NCBI GenBank assembly: GCA_048884785.1
Contig: JBHLQM010000002.1
Location: 19,963-32,943, forward strand
DNA length: 12,981 bases
Source: Candidatus Thorarchaeota archaeon
Lineage (GTDB): Archaea; Asgardarchaeota; Thorarchaeia; Thorarchaeales; Thorarchaeaceae
Reading direction: 5' to 3'
In this document: positions 1 through 7,540 of the stretch, one piece after another
Layout: each line of letters starts with the position of its first letter
Numbering within the stretch: position 1 is the stretch's first letter
Program-made: the position numbers and the translations under genes
The notes under the pieces: generated by a model
Database searches by the model: none
What the model was told of the DNA's origin: nothing
What the model saw: only the letters and a program-made list of their open reading frames with translations

Positions 1-1655
1 CTAGTTGCTGCAATTGCTGAAAATGCAGCCGCGGTGAATACCATTGCAATAAACATGACACCTAATGTTTCGCTTTTGATCTTCAACCTAGCCGTCCTAC
101 CCACCACGCGCGCCCCTACAATTTGGGAGGGATTTCTTATTCTATCCATAATCCTATTCTTTAGAGGAGCAGTTATTCGTGCAAGAAATCTTGTAAGGAA
201 TACAATAAATGACCCGAAGCTCCCAATTATCAGTAGGGGAAAAATCCATCCTGTACCTCCAATGAGACCTCCTGAAAGCATCAGGAATAGCTGTGTGGCC
301 AGAAAACCGGAAATTGAAATAGCCATTACATCAATAATAGGTGAGCTTAGCTCTTCTTCTTGAGTGTCGGAATCACGTTCTATCTCCTTATGTGCATCCG
401 ACGCAGGCATGAGTATATTCTTGACAGCTGAAGGTATTGAAACGATGATGCCTAGTACAAACGAAAAGAGAAAGACAAAGATTAGCGTGGGCATCTGTAG
501 GAATATTGAAAATTCAGATGCTTGTGAAAAATCGAAATTGAAGAGACCTTTTGATGATCCAGAAAGAAAAGCAGCCATGATTCCAGTGAGAATTGCTCCT
601 GCGCCTCCCAAGATTCCTGTAGTTAGAGAAATGCTCAGAATCCACTCAAACGCCTGTTTAGTTGATGCTCCCCGAACGCGCAGTGTACCAATGTCTTGCC
701 TTCGTTTGTCAGAGGAGAGCTTGGATGTATAGTATACAAGAACGACACCCATTACGATACTAGGAATTGAGAACGCCAACGCCAGTGAGATCATGTTTGT
801 ATTCCATGTTGCATACTCTGTTATTATGCTTGTAAGCGGGAATTGCCCTACAATGGCAAGCGGGAATGTTCTCTGTTCAATCCTTCTTCTAATGTTCAAT
901 AGGCTGTTTACTGCCTCAGATGGCGTGGTTTGTCCCAGTGCAGTTGACTCAAATTTGCACCAGATTCTATCATGAACTCCATTCGTTGTATCATTTCCCA
1001 AGAATCCAAACTTTTCCTTCAGGTCCTCCCTCATAGTGATTGCCCGTAGGATTGGAACGGCTTCTTCGCCTTCACCATAGTTTCCCCAGAGTCCGCGTGA
1101 TGTAAAAACACCCAGTACAGTAAATGGAATACTTACATATTCAACATCAGAGAACCAATCACCTACACGTGATATAACAGTGATACTATATTGGTCTCCT
1201 ATGTTTATTCCTGCGGCCTCAAAATACGTTTGTTCAAGATAGCAGCCATTTACCTGCAATGGCTGGCTAAGGCTGGAGAATTCAAATGCATCAGAGAAGG
1301 TTTCAAAAAATGTTTCAGAAACGCCGAGATAGACAAATCTATTCAGATATGTCCGCCATACATGCTTGTACTCTCCGTCTATGACTGCGATGTGTTCAGC
1401 TGAAGCAACTCCCTCTTGATCAGTAATTATGTTTTGTATATCTTCGATTGTAATATCAGATTGCTGATAGTACAAGTCTGTACAGTGGACATCCATATGC
1501 AAAGGCATACCATCAGTCATTTCTGCCAATACAAACGGCCCTGCACTATCCATATATACAAAAATGCCACCTAACACGCCTGATGCGAGGGAAAACACCA
1601 AGAGGGTTGTGAGTACCTGAGGGGCTTCTGAAAGTAGGCGACCTGCAAGATACAT
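1..1655 (-). CDS. FtsX/MacB-family ABC transporter permease, 5' part (at least 551 aa; runs off left edge; missing from the ORF track)
   Basis: Hand translation from ATG at 1655 is open to the window edge: MYLAGRLLSEAPQVLTTLLVFSLASGVLGGIFVYMDSAGP... It has an N-terminal TM, a large soluble domain, then the FtsX signature 'SSDKRRQDIGTLRVRGAST' and several TM helices. The ATG directly follows the TGA of the upstream paralog and is preceded by AGGAGG. Confidence 0.9.
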   Translation of the reverse strand, partial: MYLAGRLLSEAPQVLTTLLVFSLASGVLGGIFVYMDSAGPFVLAEMTDGMPLHMDVHCTDLYYQQSDITIEDIQNIITDQEGVASAEHIAVIDGEYKHVWRTYLNRFVYLGVSETFFETFSDAFEFSSLSQPLQVNGCYLEQTYFEAAGINIGDQYSITVISRVGDWFSDVEYVSIPFTVLGVFTSRGLWGNYGEGEEAVPILRAITMREDLKEKFGFLGNDTTNGVHDRIWCKFESTALGQTTPSEAVNSLLNIRRRIEQRTFPLAIVGQFPLTSIITEYATWNTNMISLALAFSIPSIVMGVVLVYYTSKLSSDKRRQDIGTLRVRGASTKQAFEWILSISLTTGILGGAGAILTGIMAAFLSGSSKGLFNFDFSQASEFSIFLQMPTLIFVFLFSFVLGIIVSIPSAVKNILMPASDAHKEIERDSDTQEEELSSPIIDVMAISISGFLATQLFLMLSGGLIGGTGWIFPLLIIGSFGSFIVFLTRFLARITAPLKNRIMDRIRNPSQIVGARVVGRTARLKIKSETLGVMFIAMVFTAAAFSAIAAT

Positions 1656-4448
1656 TCATGGACTCCTCCTGAAATTGTTGGTTTCTTCCCAAATTCCATT
1701 TGCACAATCAACAAGGGTTTCTCTTTCTTCAATTGCACCAAGAAGCAGCATAATCAATCCTACAACTGCTATTGTTCCCAAGAAGATGGCAAAGAAGGGG
1801 AATAATGGTATAATAAGAAGGATAGGAATCGGATACGCCGAATAGGCCACCGTGCTCTGAAGGATAAAAACAAGAAGAGAATTCTGAATGAGTATTGGCA
1901 TGCAGAGTAATAGAAGAAATACTCCATAGAGAGTTAGAATTAGAATTTCTATCTGATTTGTTATTTTGATGTTTCTGGACTCCGCGCCTAGAATCCGCAT
2001 CATCACCTCGTCTCTCTTTCTGTCTTCTTTTCCACTATAGATATAGATTAGATAAGATCCGGGGATTGCGGCCAACGTGGCAACTACCAACATTGTGTCA
2101 ATTGACCCGTTGAATGTATACTCGCTTTCGGTCCTAAGTTCATCTGCATACTCTACTGCAGTTGAATATCCTATTATGATATCGCCTGGATTACCATCAA
2201 AAACAGTACTTACAACTGACCTGGCATCAATTCCATCTGATAGGCGGGCACAGAGAAAAACTCCCGTCGCGAAATCATCATCTAGTAGTACATGTTCATA
2301 TTGGTTAGAAATCCAGATTCTTCCTCTGCCAATTGATGGGTCGCTAGCATCGATTTGAGGGGGATGGAAGCCAACTGAAGTGACCATTGTGTCAGGAAGA
2401 TAATCAACAATCTTCAAGACGCTGAAACTTAGCGTATCAATAATTGTACCATTGGCTTTGAAAGCCCTCAACGTATCTCCCTCAACAAGCTCGTATGTCT
2501 GAGAAATATCGGAAGTTATGACTACCCCTGTAGGATTTTCTGATAGGCTTTGGACAATTACTGAAAGATGTGAGTTTTCTATCGGTATCCCGCTTTCATC
2601 ATAGGGTAACGCAAACATTTCGTCTGTATCAATAATCGCGAAATCAACTGTATTTTGCAGGCTTGATGATAATGAGAATCCGCATACAATGACCAATGTT
2701 GTTGACAAAACACCAGAAATGTGGGAGAGGTTTTCCTTTAGTTCTGTGAATGCATCATGATAGTCCGTATCCAATCGAAAGGTGACATCTCCCCCTATGG
2801 CGAATCGCGCATGAGCAAGTGCTGTGTGTGGTAGGGAGCTATTGACGATTACACCGTTCCATGCCAAGCTGCAGACCAATGCGAAGATGAGGATAGTAAA
2901 TCCGGAAGTTTTACTATCAAAACCAGTTCTTCGGGCTCCGATTTCTAAAGACATCTTGGGCAATATTCTGTGTAATCGTTTCGACAAAACCAATGAACCA
3001 AAATTCATTCCCCGGGTGATTAGGCTTGCCAAACCAATCATCATCAATACTGGAAGTATGTAAATTGCAGAGTACAGCAGAGGAGCATTGTTCAGTCGTG
3101 ATCCAATCTCCCACAGGCCAAGCGTTAATCCAAGTGAAATTAGGACAACAGCAGCGTCCCATCTTATTAGGCGAATAGCTCTTACCAGTTTCGCCAATTT
3201 CACATTCTCGATGCCCTCTAATTTGGTATTTCTGGATTGCAGTTTAATTGAACCGAAAACAACTAGCGGAAGCACTAGTGAGAATGCAAATGCCATTAGG
3301 ACTGTGCTAATTGTCACAAGAACCGGAGTTTCAATTATTGAAGCCGCAGAGAATACAAAGAATCCTTGAGCTAGCAGTCCCACTCTGCTGATAGCTAGTC
3401 CTAGGGGAAGCGCAAACAGCATAGAGCCTAGGGACAAAAGAATGATTTCGCGAGCAACTAGAATATTGGTTTGATTTGTTGATGCACCTCTTGATGTAAG
3501 CAGGTCAATTCTGTCTTCTTGATTCTTAACATTGAATCTCACTGTTAATGCGGTGAGAATTATTCCTACAAAAATTGCTACTTGTGATCTTATGAGCTGG
3601 TCAATACCAGTTTTTGATATCCAGACAAGATATCTCTGGATTCCCTTACCAAGAATATCATCAAGTGTGAAAGTAGTGTGATGAAATAATCTGTATTGAG
3701 GATCGAGAAATCTGATATCCTCCTCGATTTCAGAGAGTGTAGCTAAGGCATTACTAACTAGATTCGGGTGAAGTACGAGATTCTTAACCTTCAAGTATGC
3801 ATAGTATGTTCTCTCCCTATCACTAACATACTGAGGCATAACAATCGTATCGCCCAGGACATAATAGCCTTGATTTCTATTGTCGGTTTCTGGGTGGCTG
3901 TATATTCCAACAAGACGGAATTGCACATATTCATGTACAAAACCACTCTCATAAGTGACAATGGCGCCTAATTCAACTCCAAACAGATTTGCCAGCCATT
4001 CAGCAAAGGCGCACTCCCATGGTTCTTCTGGCCATTTTCCTTCTGTGAGATTGAATATTGTAGGGAAATCAGTAACTAGGTCCAAGTTCATTTCAATTGC
4101 TTTTACGGTTGTATTAATGCTCGGTTCAGCAGGCCCATTGAGTGCTGAGATATCTCCTGCTTCGCTTGCCAACGATGTTGCGTTTTGATCCGGCGGGAAT
4201 GCAACCAGCGAAGCCCATGATTTCGTCATCAAAGCAGCCTTTTCAATTCCTTCAATCTGCATAAATGCCGCTTCATCTGGAAGCTCTGCTTGAGACTGCA
4301 TAAACATTGTAGCGGGTCCCACGTTGGTTTCATACTCCCAGATATAGACTGAGTATGAATCCAGAAATACAAGAAATGTGGAGAATATGACATTTGCTAG
4401 AACAAAGCACAATAGGGTGATTTGCTTTCGCTTTGCATCTTCTAGCAT
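1656..4448 (-). CDS. FtsX/MacB-family ABC transporter permease, two-repeat type (930 aa)
   Basis: Two FtsX-type motifs ('EDRIDLLTSRGAS', 'RKRDEVMMRILGAE'), each after a large extracytoplasmic domain and followed by TM helices. SD GAGGGGTGA lies just upstream of the ATG. Confidence 0.88.
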   Translation of the reverse strand: MLEDAKRKQITLLCFVLANVIFSTFLVFLDSYSVYIWEYETNVGPATMFMQSQAELPDEAAFMQIEGIEKAALMTKSWASLVAFPPDQNATSLASEAGDISALNGPAEPSINTTVKAIEMNLDLVTDFPTIFNLTEGKWPEEPWECAFAEWLANLFGVELGAIVTYESGFVHEYVQFRLVGIYSHPETDNRNQGYYVLGDTIVMPQYVSDRERTYYAYLKVKNLVLHPNLVSNALATLSEIEEDIRFLDPQYRLFHHTTFTLDDILGKGIQRYLVWISKTGIDQLIRSQVAIFVGIILTALTVRFNVKNQEDRIDLLTSRGASTNQTNILVAREIILLSLGSMLFALPLGLAISRVGLLAQGFFVFSAASIIETPVLVTISTVLMAFAFSLVLPLVVFGSIKLQSRNTKLEGIENVKLAKLVRAIRLIRWDAAVVLISLGLTLGLWEIGSRLNNAPLLYSAIYILPVLMMIGLASLITRGMNFGSLVLSKRLHRILPKMSLEIGARRTGFDSKTSGFTILIFALVCSLAWNGVIVNSSLPHTALAHARFAIGGDVTFRLDTDYHDAFTELKENLSHISGVLSTTLVIVCGFSLSSSLQNTVDFAIIDTDEMFALPYDESGIPIENSHLSVIVQSLSENPTGVVITSDISQTYELVEGDTLRAFKANGTIIDTLSFSVLKIVDYLPDTMVTSVGFHPPQIDASDPSIGRGRIWISNQYEHVLLDDDFATGVFLCARLSDGIDARSVVSTVFDGNPGDIIIGYSTAVEYADELRTESEYTFNGSIDTMLVVATLAAIPGSYLIYIYSGKEDRKRDEVMMRILGAESRNIKITNQIEILILTLYGVFLLLLCMPILIQNSLLVFILQSTVAYSAYPIPILLIIPLFPFFAIFLGTIAVVGLIMLLLGAIEERETLVDCANGIWEETNNFRRSP

Positions 4449-4451
4449 TGT

Positions 4452-4483
4452 TCACCCCTCAAAAACGCGCGTATCTAATAAAG
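4452..4483 (-). promoter_or_regulatory. Archaeal SD (GAGGGGTGA, 4452-4460) and candidate TATA box (CTTTATTA, 4476-4483) for the permease pair
   Basis: Minus strand reads catCTTTATTAgatacgcgcgtttttGAGGGGTGAacaATG. Confidence 0.5.
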
Positions 4484-4506
4484 ATGGCCGTTTTAGAATA
4501 GCTTTT

Positions 4507-5448
4507 TCATTCTGTTCCAAATTTCGCCTTTGCCCTCTCCACCAAGTCGTCCTTTCTTTCCGAGTATGAGCTATATAACTCGCCTATCTCCAATAGCTTC
4601 AGATTGTGGTCAATGATTTCCTTCATTGACACGTTTATTTCAAATCCTAGATAATGCCTATACGATCCTTTGCTCGCCACCGCTGTCGTTCCATTCCCCA
4701 TAAATGGATCCAGGACTATACTTCCTGGTTTTGTGGAAAAATCTATGCATCTCATGACGAGTTCGGTGGGAAGCTTTGTGCCATTCTTGCGTTCTCCCTT
4801 GTTGTACGTGCGCTTTATTTCCCAGATGTCAAGGGGATAATGCTCAATTTTATTGAAGAAATATTGTTTACGATTTTTAACCAAAAACAAAAGATGATAG
4901 TGACTTGTAACAAACTTCCTTCTTGTAAACACTCCAAACTGATATTGCCAAATGATGTGATTGACTAGTTCTAGCCCGACATTCTCAATAGCGCTGAGCA
5001 TTGGTCTAAGATTCGTCCATCCGCTAAAAATCCAGACCGACCCTGTCTTCTTCAAAAGTCGTGGTATTTCCGAGACCCATTTGTTAGTGAAGGTTTCATA
5101 GTCGCCCTCAACTTCTTGATATCCCTCAACAACAAAAGACTCGTCCCTATTGTAGAGGGCTTCTTTCCCGGAGAATGATATTCCAAAAGGTGGATCTGCA
5201 ATCACAGTATCTATTGACTCATCTGGCAATTTTGCCATACCCACAATGCAGTCATCGAATCTAATAGTGTCTATGGGGAAGTCAAAGGCTGCCTTGTTAT
5301 ACAGGTCTAATGCCTTTGACCTTGACCAATCGTGTGTTGGCTTGAAACGCGCAGCTGCCTCATGGGGGACATACGGTCTTTTGCGCCTTTTCTTCTTCGA
5401 TTCCGATGACACAGGTAGAACTTCCATTGAGAGCCATATAAGAGTCAC
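4507..5448 (-). CDS. Site-specific DNA methyltransferase, N4-cytosine/N6-adenine, beta class
   Basis: Motif IV 'IADPPF' precedes motif I 'VLDPFMGNGTT' (beta order); also 'NHIIW' and 'YLGFEIN'. The GTG at 5448 overlaps the upstream stop (GTGA); the true start may be a few codons downstream. Confidence 0.92.
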   Translation of the reverse strand: MTLIWLSMEVLPVSSESKKKRRKRPYVPHEAAARFKPTHDWSRSKALDLYNKAAFDFPIDTIRFDDCIVGMAKLPDESIDTVIADPPFGISFSGKEALYNRDESFVVEGYQEVEGDYETFTNKWVSEIPRLLKKTGSVWIFSGWTNLRPMLSAIENVGLELVNHIIWQYQFGVFTRRKFVTSHYHLLFLVKNRKQYFFNKIEHYPLDIWEIKRTYNKGERKNGTKLPTELVMRCIDFSTKPGSIVLDPFMGNGTTAVASKGSYRHYLGFEINVSMKEIIDHNLKLLEIGELYSSYSERKDDLVERAKAKFGTE

Positions 5449-6137
5449 TGGAAGATGTAGAGATGTGCATTTCCTTGTTTTCCAACGGCTTTAATCACAT
5501 TCATTTTGCGCAGGCAATATGTCATCTTTTGGGCTAGTCTCTTTGGGCATCCCAATGACTTGGATAAATCAGAATTGGTGAATGGAGTAGCAAGGTCTGG
5601 TGGAATTAGTCTAACCATATCTCCTGGAGCTTTAAACATGTGAGTTTCGGCCACCTCGATTAGTCTTCTATCAACATTACTCCATCCTTTTCTTCTCCAA
5701 CTCCCCTTCCCATCATTTTGGAGGACTTTGTCCTCGAAAACCTCGACAACTTCAAGCTCCAAGTTATGATGACCTAGGAGCGTTGGAATGCCTACTAATT
5801 CTTCGAAGACGTTCAGTACTGAGAGCTTCTTTGGAGATTTTCTTCTACTGATTTCCTCACCGCTAGGAGTCTCTCTGACAACCCATTTCACAATAGGTAT
5901 GGGATATACTAACCTGACCCTATGATGAGGAATAAGGTTTCTCAGCTTATCTTTGATGGAATTAAATCCGCTAGTTTGAATCTCTATCAGAAGGTCATCT
6001 CTAACAATGTCAATAATATATCCTGAAATTGAGACTTCAAACCTATCTCCGGGTTTCTGATACCATTGCTTTAGAGCAGCATGAAGAGACCTCTCTTGGA
6101 GTGTTCCTATTCCACTGCCCTTCTCTTGAGAGGTCAT
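5445..6137 (-). CDS. Conserved hypothetical protein, predicted PD-(D/E)xK nuclease-like fold with C-terminal winged helix
   Basis: 'IGTLQERSLHAALK...FEV...GYIIDIVRDDLLIEIQT' fits an E...D...ExQ variant of the restriction-endonuclease fold. The C-terminus 'PFTNSDLSKSLGCPKRLAQKMTYCLRKMNVIKAVGKQGNAHLY' has a wHTH pattern. ATG at 6137 is preferred; the ORF track extends to TTG 6176. Confidence 0.7.
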   Translation of the reverse strand: MTSQEKGSGIGTLQERSLHAALKQWYQKPGDRFEVSISGYIIDIVRDDLLIEIQTSGFNSIKDKLRNLIPHHRVRLVYPIPIVKWVVRETPSGEEISRRKSPKKLSVLNVFEELVGIPTLLGHHNLELEVVEVFEDKVLQNDGKGSWRRKGWSNVDRRLIEVAETHMFKAPGDMVRLIPPDLATPFTNSDLSKSLGCPKRLAQKMTYCLRKMNVIKAVGKQGNAHLYIFQ

Positions 6138-6177
6138 AATGAAGTATTTCTTAAGGGAACATATCAGGGTTTCCAAA

Positions 6178-6642
6178 TCATTTGACCTCTAGCAAGAAGA
6201 TCGATGCATCTGCATGCGGATAGAAATTGGCTATGCTAGCTTTTTCCTCAAATCCAATACTCTCATAGAATTGTCTGGCTGTCTTATTTTCTGACTCCAT
6301 GAATAGAAATACCCTGCGAAGAATCTCGCCTTTTTCAGCGAAAACTGATTTTGCATGAGCTATTGCGTCTTTGACAAGGACGGATGCAAATCCTCTTCTT
6401 CTATATTCTTCGTTGACTCCGAGTCCTATTATCTCAACAACGCCATCATCCCAGCCGCCTCTTCTATCCCATGAGATAGTACCGCAGATTTTCTGGTCCT
6501 CAAGACAGAGGATAGTGTTCAAATGCTTGACTAAATCGTAGGCAAATTGCTCAGCGTGTTCCTTGTTTGGCTCGACTTCACTCAGGAACATTTCTTCTAT
6601 GAGAATAATATCATCTTCAGTTGCTTTTCTGAAAATAGGCAT
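6178..6642 (-). CDS. GNAT family N-acetyltransferase (RimI-like)
   Basis: Acetyl-CoA motif A 'LGVNEEYRRRGFAS' and motif B 'NKTARQFYESIGF'. Confidence 0.92.
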   Translation of the reverse strand: MPIFRKATEDDIILIEEMFLSEVEPNKEHAEQFAYDLVKHLNTILCLEDQKICGTISWDRRGGWDDGVVEIIGLGVNEEYRRRGFASVLVKDAIAHAKSVFAEKGEILRRVFLFMESENKTARQFYESIGFEEKASIANFYPHADASIFLLEVK

Positions 6643-6721
6643 ATCTTCAGTGAGTAAAACTCATGTTATGCAATTTTCGGATTAGTCACTTCCAAGATCT
6701 AAAACGGGAATACCCTTGATG

Positions 6722-6749
6722 CGCCCGATTTGAAAAGAGAAATCGGGCG
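6722..6749 (-). terminator. Perfect 10-bp GC-rich stem-loop 3' of the iscU fusion (terminator or mRNA 3' stabiliser)
   Basis: CGCCCGATTT (6722-6731) and AAATCGGGCG (6740-6749) with an 8-nt loop, 12 nt after the iscU stop. There is no U-tract after the stem. Confidence 0.55.
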
Positions 6750-6761
6750 GTCACTGTGGTT

Positions 6762-7538
6762 TCATTCGATGATTAGTACTGCATCGGCAAAGAGCTCGTA
6801 ATCTTCATCCTCATCGAGATTACGGATTAGTACCTTCTCTACGTCTTCTTCTCCTCTAATCTCAAGCAGTCGCGATTGATAGAGAATTTTTATTGAGGAG
6901 TTTTGGAGTTCATTCATTAGTTCTTCAGTTGTGACTATCTCTCTCTCTGGTGTCAAGAGTATGACTCTGTCGGTGACATCTGTGAGTTCTAATGCTGCAT
7001 CTATTGATTCATCGCCCGTGTGCAACACAAGAGTCCGTTTCTCCCTGAAGTCCTCAGGATTCATCGTCGAAAGGTATACACCTCGATCAAGATATTCATC
7101 TTGGCCTACCACACATGCCGCTTCTTCCGTACTCGACTCCTCATCTTCGGTGAGCTCTCCACGACCTTTGCGATAATTCTTGACAGCATCATGCAAGGCA
7201 TCTGCGGCAAGATTCGAGCAGTGCATCTTGATCGGGGGTAATCCATCAAGTTCGTCTGCAACATCTTGTCGCGTCAGCTTCATCGCATCTTCAAGGTTCA
7301 TTCCAATGACCATTTCAGTGGTCATGCTTGTCGTCGCTATGGCTGAACCACATCCGAATGTTCGGAATTTCGCGTCGGTTATTTTGTCATCTTTAATTCT
7401 GATATACATCTCCATGATGTCACCGCAGGTGGGATTGCCCACTCTTCCGTATGCAACATCATCGCCCTCAAGAGTGCCCACATTTCTTGGGTTCCTGAAG
7501 TGGTCTAGTACTTTCTCGCTATACTTTGTGCTCTTCAT
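6762..7538 (-). CDS. iscU: Fe-S cluster scaffold IscU/NifU-N fused to a degenerate thioredoxin-reductase-like NAD(P)H-binding domain
   Basis: aa 1-122: YSEKVLDHFRNPRNVG, NPTC38GD40, FGC63GSAIA, LPPIKMH106C107. An acidic linker follows, then aa 143-258 align by eye with the TrxR middle domain. Confidence 0.93.
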   Translation of the reverse strand: MKSTKYSEKVLDHFRNPRNVGTLEGDDVAYGRVGNPTCGDIMEMYIRIKDDKITDAKFRTFGCGSAIATTSMTTEMVIGMNLEDAMKLTRQDVADELDGLPPIKMHCSNLAADALHDAVKNYRKGRGELTEDEESSTEEAACVVGQDEYLDRGVYLSTMNPEDFREKRTLVLHTGDESIDAALELTDVTDRVILLTPEREIVTTEELMNELQNSSIKILYQSRLLEIRGEEDVEKVLIRNLDEDEDYELFADAVLIIE

Positions 7539-7540
7539 TA

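Noticed and set aside
834-867. Direct repeat AAGCGGGAAT x2
   Set aside because: Only two 10-bp copies inside a CDS, encoding a repeated FPL tripeptide; not a CRISPR array or a target-site duplication.
34-1403. Plus-strand ORFs 34..363, 364..732, 793..975 and 1191..1403
   Set aside because: Antisense shadows of the uninterrupted minus-strand FtsX permease.
5378-5402. KKKRRKR as a nuclear localisation signal
   Set aside because: Prokaryotic context; a basic nucleic-acid-binding patch is the simpler explanation, and the start codon is uncertain.
6699-6764. iscU TGA followed by a hairpin as a selenocysteine read-through (SECIS) signal
   Set aside because: Read-through adds only about 20 residues with no recognisable homology before a TAG. 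The TGA is not at a Cys-equivalent position, and the stem lacks the GA-quartet or GAA/A bulge of known SECIS elements.
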